The notes under the pieces are model-generated. The model did not search any database. It had not been told where the DNA came from and saw only the letters and a list, made by a program, of their open reading frames with translations. Source: Squalus acanthias (Eukaryota). From it: a stretch of 64,000 nt of DNA. Both the position numbers and the translations under genes were made by a program. The stretch spans positions 16,492,001 to 16,556,000 of the forward strand of contig CM059429.1 in assembly GCA_030390025.1 (NCBI GenBank), in the 5' to 3' direction. This document shows positions 1-13,400 of the stretch, in pieces (within the stretch, counting starts at the first letter, position 1; each line of letters begins with the position of its first letter).

Positions 1-410
1 GCATTTACTATCTCTATAGCCACCTCTTTCAAAACCCTCGGATGTAGGCCATCAGGTCCAGGGGATTTATCAGCTTTCAGTCTCATTAATTTCTCCAGTA
101 CTATTTTTTTACTAATACTAATTTCTTTCAGTTCCTCATTCTCGTTAGACCCTTGGTTCTCCACTATTTCTGGGAGGTCTTTTGCGTCTTCTTCTGTGAA
201 TACAGACACAAAGTATTTGTTTAATTTCTTTGCCATTTCCTTATTCCCCATTATAATTTCTCCTGTCTCAGCCTGTAAGGGAACCACATTTACTTTCGCT
301 AATCTTTTCCATTTTACATACCTATAGAAGCTTTTACAGTCTGTTTTTATGTCTCTCGCTAGTTTACTCTCATATTCTATTTCCCCTTTCTTTATCAATT
401 TCTTGGTCCT
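1..410 (-). mobile_element. CR1 LINE ORF2 fragment
   Basis: Reverse complement closely matches the CR1 ORF2 sequence at about 32240-32655. Confidence 0.85.
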
Positions 411-1251
411 GGGTCATGGTCTCCAATATTGAACTATTGTCTTGAACACATTGTCAGCTATTAGTCTATATATAATAATAAACCAGTAGATCCTCCACGG
501 TGTTGTTCATGGTAAGTCGAAGGATAAAATCTGTCTCTTACCTGTCTGTTGTGATTGTGTTGCTGTCTTCTCTCTGTCTTTCTCTTCTTCTGCTTCTGTC
601 TCTTTTGTTTCTCGTCTGTGTGTCTCTCTTCAATTTGCTTCTGCTTCTGTTTGCTCTCTTCCTTTTCTCTGGGAGATGATGGGTGGCACGGTGGTGAAAG
701 ATGTTGCCGAAAGTTGTAGGTCGCGTTTTCCGGTGGCAGGTGCAGGGAAAGCTCTGATTGTAGGCCGCAGGAGCTGCCTTCACATCCACTCTCGCTTTAT
801 CCTGTCCCTTTTGCTTTCTCTAGAATTCTTTGCTACCATCACCTCCCATGCTGCTCTCCCTTCCTACCAACCCCTCCTGATAACTCCCCTCCTTGATCTT
901 GTTCATCCTCAACCCCCTTTCCTTTGTACTATGCCCTCACGTCCTCGCTAACCCTTCTCTTTCTTGTTGTTATCAATGGTTTTACACTATCGCCCAAAGT
1001 CAAAATTACCCTTAGACAGTGATGGCTGTGTGGGATGGACTCCCAGAAAGTCTGGTAGAGGCAATCACTTAAGAAACAATTGGATGCTGCAATTGGAGGA
1101 CTTTATGATCAGTGCAAGTCAGAGGAAGTTCTGATCAAACTTTATAATGTTCCAATCAGATCATGCCTTGGGTACAGTGTCCTGTTTTATTACATCTTTA
1201 AAGCATCCTCTGAATGATTTGATCCATATTCTGTTGCCTTGTTTTGTGCAG

Positions 1252-1456
1252 GAAAATTTGAAGTAGCCTGCAAGACAACAGATCACTATGCTGGAGGAAT
1301 GAAGCAGTTTTACACAGTGAATAAATGCTCCATGTTTTCGTTCCCTGATATTTTTTACCATGAAAAGACATACTACATTGCAGCTGTTGAAATTGAATGG
1401 GATTATTCACCTTCAAGGGAGTGGGAACTGGAAAGGCACCGAATTCATGAAGAAAG
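1252..1456 (+). CDS. CP: CP exon (end of domain 4 / start of domain 5)
   Basis: tgtgcag|GA...GAAAG|gtaatt; [26 protein letters not shown]...[19 protein letters not shown]. Confidence 0.95.
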
Positions 1457-4400
1457 GTAATTCCTAACCAATAAATAAATAAGTGCAGTACAAGCCTGCT
1501 GTGGCAACAAGAGCAGGTCAGAGGCTAGGTATTCTGCAGCGAGTGTCTCACCTCCTGACTCCCCAAAGCCTTTCTACCATCTACAAGGCACAAGTAAGGA
1601 GTGTGATGGAATACTCTCCACTTGCCTGGATGAGTGCAGCTCCAACAACACTCAAGAAGCTCAACACCATCCAGGACAAAGCAGCCCGCTTGATTGGCAC
1701 CCCATCCACCACCTTAAACATTTACTCCCTCCATCACTGGCGTACGGTGGCTGCAGTGTGTACCATCTACAAGATGCACTGCAGCAACTCGCCAAGGCTT
1801 CTTCGACAGCACCTCCCAAACCCGCGACCTCTTCCACCTAGAAGGACAAGGGCAGCAGGCGCATGGGAACACCACCATCTCCATGTTCCCCTCCAAATCA
1901 CACACCATCCTGACTTAGAAATATATCGCCGATCCTTCATTGTTGCTGGGTCAAAATCCTGGAACTCCCTCCCTAACTGCACTGTGGGAGTACCATCACC
2001 ACACGGACTACAGCGGTTCAAGAAGGCGGCTCACCACCACCTTCTCAAGGGCAATTAGGGATGGGCAATAAATGCTGGCGTTGCCAGTGACACCCAGATC
2101 CTATGAACGAATAAAAAAAAAATTTTTTTTTTAAAAAGCCACTTAAGCGAGATGTGGCTAACATAGAAACATAGAACATAGAAAAATAGGAGCAGGAGTA
2201 GGCCATTTAGCCCTTCGAGCCTGCTCCACCATTCAATATGATCATGGCTGATCCTCTATCTCAATACCATATTCCCGCTCTCTCCCCATACCCCTTGATG
2301 CCTTTTGTGTCCAGAAATCTATCTATCTCCTTCTTAAATATATTCAGTGACTTGGCCTCCACAGTCTTCTATGGTAGAGAATTCCACAGGTTCACCACCT
2401 TCTGAGTGAAGACATTTCTCCTCATCTCAGTCCTAAATGTCCTACCTGGTATCCTGAGACTGTGACCCCTCGTTCTAGAAACCCTCAGCCAGGGGAAACA
2501 TCCTCCCTGCATCCAGTTTGTCTAGCCCTGTCAGAATTTAATACGTTTCAATGAGATCCCCTCTCATTCTTCTAAACTCTAGTGAATGCAGGCCTAGTCG
2601 ACCCAATCTCTCCTCATACGACAGTCCTGCCATCCCAGGAATCAGTCTGGTGAACCTTCGCTGCACTCCCTCTATGGCAAGTGTATCCTTTCTTAGGTAA
2701 GGAGACCAAAACTGCACACAGTACTCCAGGTGTGGTCTCACCTAGGCCCTGTATAACTGTAGTAAGACATCCTTGCTCCTGTACTCAAATTCTGTTGCAA
2801 TGAAGGCCAACATACCATTTGCCTTCCTAACTGCCTGCTGCACCTGCAGGTTTGCTTTCAGTGACTGGTGTACAAGGACACCCAGGTCCCATTGTACATC
2901 AACATTTCCCAATCTATCACCATTTAAATAATACTCTGCCTTTCTGTTTTTCCTACCGAAGTGGATAACTTCACATTTATCCACGTCATACTGCATCTGC
3001 CATGTATTTGCCCACTCACTCAACTTGTCTAAATCGCCTTGAAGCCTTTTTGCATCCTCCTCACAATCCCACCTAGTTTTGTGTGGTCAGCAAACTTGGA
3101 AATAATATATTTGGTTCCCTCATCCAAATCATTGATATATATTGTGAATAGCTGGGGCCCAAGCACTGATTCCTGTGGTACCCCACTAGTCACTGCTTGC
3201 CACCCCGAAAAAGACCCATTTATTCCTACTCTCTGTTTCCTGTCTGTTAACCAATTTTCAATCCATGCCAGTATATTACCCCCAATCCCATGTGCTTTAA
3301 TTTTGCACACTAACCTCTTATGTGGGACTTTATCAAAGGCCTTCTGAAAATCCAAATACACCACATCCACTGGTTCTCCCTTATCTATTCTACCAGTTCA
3401 TCCTCAAAAAACTCCAGTAGGTTTGTCAAACACGATTTCCCTTTCATAAATCCATGTTGACTTTGTCTAATCCCATTGATATTTTCTAAGTGTCCTGTTA
3501 TCACATCCTTTATAATAGACTCTAGCATTTTCCCTACTACTGATGTTAGGCTAACCGGTCTGTGGTTCCCTGTTTTCTCTCTCCCTCCTTTTTTAAATAG
3601 TGGGGTGTCTGCTATTTAGGAATGATTCACTGGGAACCCATTTCTTGCAATAATTTCCTGTGGATTGTAGAAGGTGTATGGACTTCCACTGAGGTTGTCT
3701 TTTAAACAATTTCTATTGTATTTACTTTATTTTATAATTTACTAGACTTAAGAAGATTTACCAGAATGATATCAGTGATGAGGGACTTCAGTTATTTGGA
3801 GAGGCTGGAAAAGCTAGGATTGTTCTCCTTCGAGCAGTGATGGTTCAGGGGATATTTAATAGTGGTATGCAAAATTATGAAGGGTTTTGATAGAGTAGAT
3901 AGGGCAAAACTGTTTCCACTGGCAGGAGGGCGGTAACCAGAGGACACTACTTACCCCAAAATTAGACCCAATGCTACTGAAGTTCTATCACTTTGGAGTA
4001 CATTATTCACTTTTATTAATATGGGTATTTTTGTGCTTTCCATTTTAGTCCTGGAGAGCCTTTCGTAGTCCAAGGAAACCTGACCATTGGATCTAAGTAC
4101 AAGAAAGTTGTGTATCGGGAATATACCGATAAGACATTTACTAAACAAAAGGAGAGACCCGCAAAAGAAAAACATCTGGAAATTCAAGGTATTCTGCATG
4201 TTTATTTAATAAATTTTGCTGTTGGGTCATTACTAATTTAATAGAATCTACCATGTTCTATGTCATTATGATATTGATACTTACATTTATACGGCTTCTT
4301 ATCTCACCAAAATGTTTCAAGTGCAGTGATTGGTGTTATGTATGCATACATGGCAGCCATTCTGCACCAGTAATGTCCCCCATCTGTTAACGTGCTAATA

Positions 4401-7400
4401 TCCAGTGTTATGTTAACATACCATTTGCTTAATTCATATTAATGATGTCATCAATTTAATTTTGGTTTGCAGAATCTTAATTCTGGTGTTGCAGAAAATG
4501 GCGTGAATGTTGTGCCTGAAATTTCTAAATTGCGGCTGATTTGCTCATGGATCAAAATGTGCCGATAGATTCTGCTTATACTCTCAAAAATACATTTTGA
4601 CATTTGTTTTTTTTCCCCCCTCCTCCCCCAGGCCCACTACTTCATGCAAAAGTCTGTGATAAGCTCAAAATTGTATTCAAGAATCTGGCTTCAAGGCCCT
4701 ATTCTATTCATGCACACGGAGTGAAGACAGACAGTCCTACGGTTAAATATACTCTTCCAGGTAAAGTCAGCTGTTCCTTTCCCTATGATTATAGCCTATT
4801 CTGTAATAGCATCTTCTGAATCCCCCTTTTTAGAGTTCTATGGTATCAACTTGATCGCTGCAATGCTAAAGTTTCCTTTTACTCACCAAATCTGATAAGC
4901 GATCCAATGCCAGTTGCACTTGGAACTAGAGAGTAAGACCCCCAAAGTTGGGGGTGGACCAGGGGTTGGGGTTCAAGCCAAACTGCAGATTCCTGACTCG
5001 AATGTAAACACAGTCTTCAGCTGTTCAGGTTCCAAACTCTTGCTTCCTGTTGCAAGTAGTTGTTTACTGTCATGGCGTCAGGACATCACCATGCTTGAAA
5101 ACCGCTTCAGAAACAGAAAGTGAGAATGGGTATCGAAGAGCCAATGTAAACCAGCTCTCCAAATACACACAGTGAATTCAAGAGCAAGTTATTCCTTGTT
5201 CACCACGCACTGTGTAATTGCACCCTTAGATGCAACTCCATTATATTCCTGATCCTTCTAGTGGTCATATATGGGGCCATGGTTTTCCATTGAAGGACAC
5301 TCACAGCAAATTATGTAATGATGCAGCAATTCACCGCGATTATTTTGTCAGCACCTCCCGACACTGTGACCCCCTAGAAGGACCAAGAGCAGCAATGCCA
5401 TGAAAACACCTCCAAGATCCTCTCCAGGCCACAACCTATCCTGACTTGGACATACAAAAGCAAAATACTGCGGATGCTGGAAATCTGAAATAAAAACAGA
5501 AAATGCTGGAAATACTCAGCATGTCAGGCAGCATCTGTGGAGAGAGAAACAGAGTTAACGTTTCAGGTCGTTGACCCTTCGTCAGAACCCCAGTTCTGAC
5601 GAAGGGTCATCGACCTGAAACATTAGCTCTGTTTCTGACTTGGACATACATCACCGTTCCATCATCCTGGTGGCCCCTTTAAACTCAACTCTTCAATACT
5701 ACCCCTATCTCAGACAAAGCTCACTACAGAGCTGGTTCTGCGACCCACCATCACCATTGGGGGTGGAGCCTCACATAATGACCCCTGTAGAGTGCAGGTC
5801 AGCATCAGTGATGTTACACTGTCCAAAATGCATTGTAGGAAGAACAAGCCATGGCATCGCTCTGGTGGTGGGGAAAGTGCACAGTTGCGGCTGGAATTGG
5901 CAGAGGATCGTATTGACAAAGAAACAATTGGAAACGTGCAATTTTAAAAAAAAAGTATGAGTAGAGATTGCTCCATAAAGTGAGTCAGTACATGATTAAA
6001 CTTACTTTATTTGTAGGTGAGACTGAAACATATATTTGGAAGATTCCTGATAGATCCGGTCCTGAAGATGCGGAATCTCATTGCATTCCTTGGATATATT
6101 ACTCAACTGTAGATCCAATTAAGGTACAGCAAGAGTACAGAATCAGGTTAAACTGACCAACAGTAATTGTCTATAGTCATTGCCCCTTTGAACTTTCTTC
6201 TCTTCTTCCACTCATTCGTCCTTCTCCCTTCATCCATACGTGTTGAAGTTAAGACCTATGGCTCCATTTCCTACTCATTCCTTCCCAGGACCTCAAAACT
6301 GTGGAACTTCTTAATCCTTTATTTTCCTTCCTTCTATTATAATCTATAAAGGCTTTTAAAATGCAAGTTTAGCAACACCTGATCATAACTGCTATATTTA
6401 CTCATCTCTCTTACTTTTTTCAACTGTGGTGGTGCCTGGTCTATGTCCTCTCCCCCTTCTCCCTGCTGCCTCCCCTCCTCTTCCCTCCCCTCCTCTCCCC
6501 TTCCTTCTCCTCCTCTCCCCTTCCTTCCCCCTCTTCCCCATCCACCTACTCCCCCTGCTCCCCTCCTCCCTGCCTTCCTCCTCCCCCCCTCCCCATCCTC
6601 CTTCCTCCCCCCTCCCCCTTCCTCCCCTTCCCATCCTCCCCATCCTCCTTCCTCCCCCCTTCCTCCCCCCTCCCCCTTCCTCCCCCTCCCCCTTCCTCCC
6701 CTTCCCATCCTCCCCATCCTCCTTCCTCCCCCTCCCCCCTCCCCATCCTTCTTCCTCTTCCCTCCTCCCTCCCCTCCCCCCTCCTCCCTCCTCCTTCCTC
6801 CCCCTCCATCCTTCCTCCCCTTCCCTCCTTCCTCCCCCCTCCCTCCTTCCTCCCCCTCCCTCCTTCCTCTGCCCTCCCTCCTCCCTCCCCATCCTCCTNN
6901 NNNNNNNNNNNNNNNNNNNNNNNNNNNNNNNNNNNNNNNNNNNNNNNNNNNNNNNNNNNNNNNNNNNNNNNNNNNNNNNNNNNNNNNNNNNNNNNNNNNN
7001 NNNNNNNNNNNNNNNNNNNNNNNNNNNNNNNNNNNNNNNNNNNNNNNNNNNNNNNNNNNNNNNNNNNNNNNNNNNNNNNNNTCCTCCTTCCTCCCTCCTC
7101 CCATCCTCCTTCCTCCCTCCTCCCCATCCTCCTTCCTCCCTCCTCCCCATCATCCTTCCTCCCCCTCCTCTCCTCTCCCCCCTCTCCTCTCCCCCCTCTC
7201 CTCTCCCCCCCTCCTCTCCCCCGTCCCCCTCCTCTCCTCTCCCCTTCCTCCCCCTCCTCTCCTCTCCCCTCCTCCTCCTACCCCGCTCCTCTCCCCTCCT
7301 CCTCCTCTCCCCCTCCCTCTCCTCTCCCCCTCCCTCTCCTCTCCCCCCTCCCCTCTCCCCCCTCCTCTACCCCCCTTTCCTCTCCCCCCTCCTCTCCCCC

Positions 7401-10400
7401 CCTCTCCTCCCCTCCTCCTCTCCCCCCCATTCTCTACCCCACTCTCCTCTCCCCCCCTCTCCCCTACCCCCTCCTCCCCTCCCCCTCCCTCCCCTCTCCT
7501 CTCCCTCCCCTCTCCTCTCCCCCACCCCCTCTCCTCTCCCCCCCCCCCCCTCCTCTCCTTAGTGGCGTACAGTTGAAGTGTTGCACCTGCAACTGGTGAA
7601 CCACTATTGGATAGACTACGGTGTGTATCCATGGTGAGGTCAGGAGGATGGTGGCAGTACGTTCACTTATTTTATGGGAACACCATCACCTGCAAGTTCC
7701 CCTCCAAGTCACACATCATCCTGGCTTGGAAATATATCGCCGATCCTTCATCGTCACTGGAAGAAAATCCTGAAACTCCCTCCCTAACAGCACTATGGGA
7801 GTACCTTCACCACACGGACTGCACCGGTTCAAGAGGGTGGCTCACAACCAACTTCTCAAGGGCAATTAGGGATGGGCAATAAATGCTGGCCTTGCCAGTG
7901 ATGCCTAGATCCCATGAACGAATAAAAAAAGTGCTGCTTGTGAGGTGTTCCTGGTACCTACTGTCCACCTGATGCTTGTCAGTTGTCCAACGACCAATTA
8001 ATAACCATTCTCTTTGGAGTTGCCTGGTGGTGACAGATTGACCCAAGACAACCCGTTGTGACAGACTCAGGAATCGAGACCTGAGCCAGGCAGCTCTGCA
8101 GTACTTCAGGCCACTGTTGATGATTTCACCAGCCAGGCTCATTGATGGGACCTGAGGGGTAGAGCTGTCAATGGGAGCTAGGACCCTTCCCACTCAACTC
8201 CAGCTAACCCTGAAAGCCAATGTCCTATTGGTAGGGTGGCCCTGCCTACCTGCACAAGCAATGGGAAAATTGCCAATGCTGTGTGCTGGTTTTAGTTGGT
8301 TAAACACCAGAAATAACCCTCCCTGGACAGGTTTGGCTTGGCTCTTGCCAACCTACACATAAGCTCTTCGGATTTTAGTGGGGTCCATCTCTATGGAGGG
8401 AGAGGGTAGACTCATATCAGGCAAATAGAAATTCTACCAGTGTAGATTTCTCAGTACCTTGGTTTGGAGACACTTTACCATGGTTTAAACATGATTATTC
8501 CAACGCACTCCTGGCCAGCCTCCCACGTTCTACCCTCCATAAACTTGAGGTCATCCAAAACTCTGCTGCCCTTGTCCTAACTCGCACCAAGTCCCGTTCA
8601 CCCATCACCCCTGTGCTCACTGACCTATATTGGCTCTCAGTTAAGCAACGCCTCGAATTTAAAATTCTCATCCTTGTTTTCAAATCCTTCTATAGCCTCG
8701 CCCCTCCCTATCTCTGTAATCTCCTCCAGCCACACAACCATCCAAGATATCTACGCTCCTCTAATTCTGGCCTCCTGAGCATCCCTGATTTCAATCATTC
8801 CACCATTGGTGGCTGTGCCTTCAGCTGCCAAGGCCCTAAGCTCTGGAATTCCCTGCCTAAACCTCTCTGCCTCGCTACCTCTCTTTCCTCCTTTAAGACG
8901 CTCCTTAAAACCTACCTCTTTGACCAAGCTTCGGTGTCAAATTTTGTTTGATAACACTCCTGTGAAGCACCTTGGGACGTTTTACTATGTTAAAGGCGCT
9001 ATATAAATGCAAGTTGTTGTTGTTGGTTATAGGTTTCTGCACCCAACTGACTAAAATAAATCCATAATCACATAAATACAGAATCTCTCTTCTTATATTG
9101 CACTGATGAAAAATATTTTTGCTGCTTTGAAGCTTCTATTTTAATCTCACTCTTCTTTATTACAACTTTACCTGCACTTTGCTGCACCTATCTGTATCAC
9201 TGGTCCCCATGTATAGAATTATAAATAATAACATAAAAGTAACAATCCTTCTTTAAAAAAAATAGAATGTAGAGTTCATATTGTAAAGGACAAGTAAACA
9301 ACGAGCAGAATTACAATTCTGAGTATTGAACTTCTCTCACAGTCTATGACACCTTAAGAACCACTTGATTGAACTTTTGCTTTGATACTTATTGATGCTT
9401 ATCTATTAACCCTAATTTTACACACAGTGTTATTCATTGTCTTCGGATGAATCATTAATGGATTGGCGTATTGAAGCTCAATTATTTAAAAGGAAATGTG
9501 TAGAGTTCTCACACTTCCGGCATGGACTGGTTGGGCCGAATAGCTGTGACATGAATCTTGTCATTCATGACTTAAGACATAATACTGGGCGGCCTGCTGG
9601 TGGCGCTGTCCAGGGAGAGTATAAATACTTGGGCATGGGCCCAGCTTGCTCAGGACATTCTTTAACAGGAACTAGTGAAGGACAACTAGATCTCCATGTT
9701 GAGAACCAGTTGATTAAAGCTTTGTTTAACGCTTAGACCGAGTGCCTAGTAGTTTTCTTACGTCAGTCTGTTTCTGTGCTGTATATTTTATGTAATTCTA
9801 CGTAATTCCTTTAAGGTGATTGGCAAAAGAACCAGAGGCGACATGGGGAAACATTTTTTTTACACAGCGAGTTGTTGTGATCTGGAATGCACTGCCTGAA
9901 AGGGCGGTGGGAGCAGATTCAATAGTAACTTTCAAAAGGGAATTGGATAATTAGTCGAAGGGAGAACATGTGCAGGGCTACGAGGAAAAGAGCGGGGGAC
10001 TAATTGGATCGCTCGACCAAAGATCTGGCACAGGCACGATGAGCAGAATGGCCTCCTTCTGTGCTGTATCATTCTATGATTCCTTTTCCCTTTGGTGCAG
10101 GATATGAACAGCGGTCTGGTAGGGACTCTGGTCACTTGTCGCAAAAGCTTCCTCGAAACAATTGGTTTTAAGAAGAAAAAGCTACAAGAATTTGCCCTTT
10201 TCTTTGTAGTTTTTGATGAGAATGAGTCATGGTACCTGGATGAAAATATTAAAACTTATTGCCTCACACCGAAACAAGTCGACAAAACGGATGAAGATTT
10301 TATTGAGAGCAACAAAAAGCATGGTATGTTCGGAGTTATTATATTCACTATTGATGGGCCTGGGGCAGAGATTCAAGTCTCCAAACAGCAGTCTCAAAAC

Positions 10401-13400
10401 ATAATTTTCCACTTTAGGTCCGTACATGAGAATTCAGTCAATGCATCCATGGTTTTTGAGGTGGTGGTGCACTGTATTTTTTTGTGTCCTCTTCAGTACT
10501 TGTATGCTGTTCTGAATGAAAAGCATTAATGACTGGTTTGAGTCTTTCCATGCATGTGCCCCACAGTGGTCATTTAAAAAAATCAAACTGAAGATTGGCT
10601 GGTATCTTTATTTGAAGCGCTCCCACGTAGAACTCAACAGTCATAACATTTTTTCCCATCACTTTCAGTACAGGTGTGTTCTGAGCTAAAACACGGAGAG
10701 CTCCTGGAGTGTAGACATTGTTGGCAATAGACTTGCTGGCCTACACTTTCCACTCCCGCTCCCCCCGGCCACCACTTCCTTTGTTGGGCCGCACCTCTGG
10801 TGTCCACCCCCACAATGCCCTGCTGACCCTGGCCATATGTCTTCCAGCGTGTCATGCCAGCCTGGTGGTGGCGATCTGTTGCAAAAGGCCTTCGGGTCCT
10901 CTGGAGCTAGCCACTGCAGGAAACAGAGGTGGCCGAAATGCTGCCCATTCATTTATATTAAAAAAAAACTTTTAAATTCCTTCTTTTCCTTTCCTAGGTG
11001 GGACCTGTGCTGGGATGCACTCTGAGAGTGCTTGCACAGCCCCCTCCTCAAGTTTTCCCCATACTCCCTTCGCTGACCTCCAGATGCTAGATACCAGACT
11101 TTACTGGGCAGCCCAACGGCCGGCGTCAAACAGTTCAAGTGGGAGGAAACATGACAGCCTCGCCCAACCGGATTGGCCACTGGTGACTCATGTGGAGTAT
11201 AAACACCAGCACAGACTAGTTGGGCCGAATGGCCTGTTTCTGTGCTGTATATTCGATGTCATTCTATGTAAGGCCGTGAGGAGTTAGCAGAATGTGGCGA
11301 GTTGCTTTCTGCTTCTGCCTGTCCCAGATCTACCGAACAATGAGTGAGTGGGGGAGGTGGAAAGTCTAGGCTTCTTAATGTACAGATAGCAATATGCTAT
11401 GGGAGGTGAAGTTACAATAAAGCCAATACACTATACGGTTGTACCAATACACTCATAATTCAGCCAATTGCCCCATCACTACCACAGCCAGACCTGTAGT
11501 CGGCAGTATTTCACTTTAGTGTTATATAACTTAAAATGTTCTTTATGGACATAACTAGTGTTTGAAAGGGCAATTCAACGAGACATATGGGTTTGCATTT
11601 CTGGAGTGAAGCTTCACACGCCACCAGCCCAAATCGGGAATTCGGGCATCCAATGAATGGAAGATTCTGCAGGTCCCTCTGACCTAACGCTGAGCAGGGC
11701 CAAATTCCCGATCTAGATTCCTGGCGTACAAAAACTTCACAATCCCATCATAGCATGCATGAGTTTTTGGGTTTATGAATAGCAGTTAGAATCTATTTTA
11801 TTTTTGAATTTCTGTCTGCTAAGCTTACGGTAAGATGTTAAATCATCTATTTTTCACTGTAATTTATCATTGCAAAATTATACACAAGAGGTAAGGAATA
11901 GATCTGCTGTAGAAGTGCTTGTTATTGGGTTTTAGTTCAGATACTACAGCTCGTGTAATCACGTAACACTTTATCGCATGACCTACTGGAAAACAATGTC
12001 TCACGTAAACGTGACCAATAGCCCTACTTTTAATCATTCTTTACTTTTCCAGCTATAAATGGGAAGCTCTTTGGAAACTTGCATGGACTGGATATGTATG
12101 TGGATGAAAAGGTGTTTTGGTATCTCACTGCACTGGGTAATGAAGTAGACTTGCACATGATTCATTTCCATGGGCACAGCTTTGACTATAAGGTAAAGTG
12201 TATTTTATTGTTTCGTTGGGTTTAACCCAGAAAATAAGAATTCATCTGGCCATTAGCTTTTGGAAGAAAAGTAGGCCTAACCCTGCATGGGGGAAAAAAG
12301 ACTCCAAGCATTCACTCCAGCAAAATATGTGTAGCATGCAAAAGAAAAAAAAGACTAGCATTTATACAGCCACATCGCTCAGAAGCATTTTGAACCATTT
12401 CATATGCAATGAATTAGTTGAAATTATGCGAAATAGCATTGGCACCTAGACATGAACAACGAGGGGCCAGGGAAAGCCATCTTGTTCTTTTACCCCCTCT
12501 CTGTGTCAGACCCCTCTTCACCAGCTCTCCTGTTCATGTGACTGAGGTTTGCAACTTGTATTGGGAATCTTAGAACAGCATATTATTACAATGTATAAAT
12601 TGAGGTAGGGTAGCACGTTGGTTATGTTACTCGACTAGTAATCCAGAGGCCTGGACTAATGATCTGGAGACAAAAGCCAAATACTGCGGATTCTGGAAAT
12701 CTGAAATAAAAATAGAAAATGCTGGAAATACTCAGCACCAGTAATAATCCGGAGACGTGAAGTCAAATCCCACCATGGCAGATTGTGAATTTGAAATCAG
12801 TTAATTAAATCAATCTGGAATTAAAAAGCTAATGGTGACCATGAAGTTATCGGAATGTCGTAAAAACCTATCTGGTTCACTAATGTCCTTTAGGGAAGGA
12901 AACCTGCCGTCTTTACCCGCTCTGGCCTATATGTGACTCCAGACCCACAGCAATGTGGTTGACTCTTAACTGCCCTCTGAAATGGTCCTAGCAAGACACT
13001 CAGTTGTATCAAACCACTGCAAAGGCGTGTGTGGAGTACAAACACCGGCATAGGCCTATTGGGCCGAATGACCAGTTTCTGTGCTGCACATTCTATGTAA
13101 TGCCAAAACTAAGCATTAGGAATTAATTCGGTTTTTAGTAATTAGGTCCGACTTACTCTCCCTTACCTTTGGGAAGCCCTTGCTCATCAGTTGACACCTT
13201 CCATTACCAGTATGGCTGAGGTCAGTTATACAGCATGTGGCACATCTCAGGCTTGAAACTGCATCTTAACCATACGTTTATGTAGCATGTTAGCTGGGAT
13301 GCCAATATAAGGTGAGTCATCTATATTCAAATCTCTTGGCTATTGTATGATAGGCTGAACTACACCGCCCTTGGAATTGGAATACGTTTCGCATTCCAGC

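Noticed and set aside
538-951. ORFs 538-789 and 676-951
   Set aside because: Low-complexity CT-rich intronic sequence with no recognisable motif.
6337-7632. Long Pro/Ser- and Gly/Arg/Glu-rich ORFs
   Set aside because: Artefacts of a stop-free C/T tract and an N gap.
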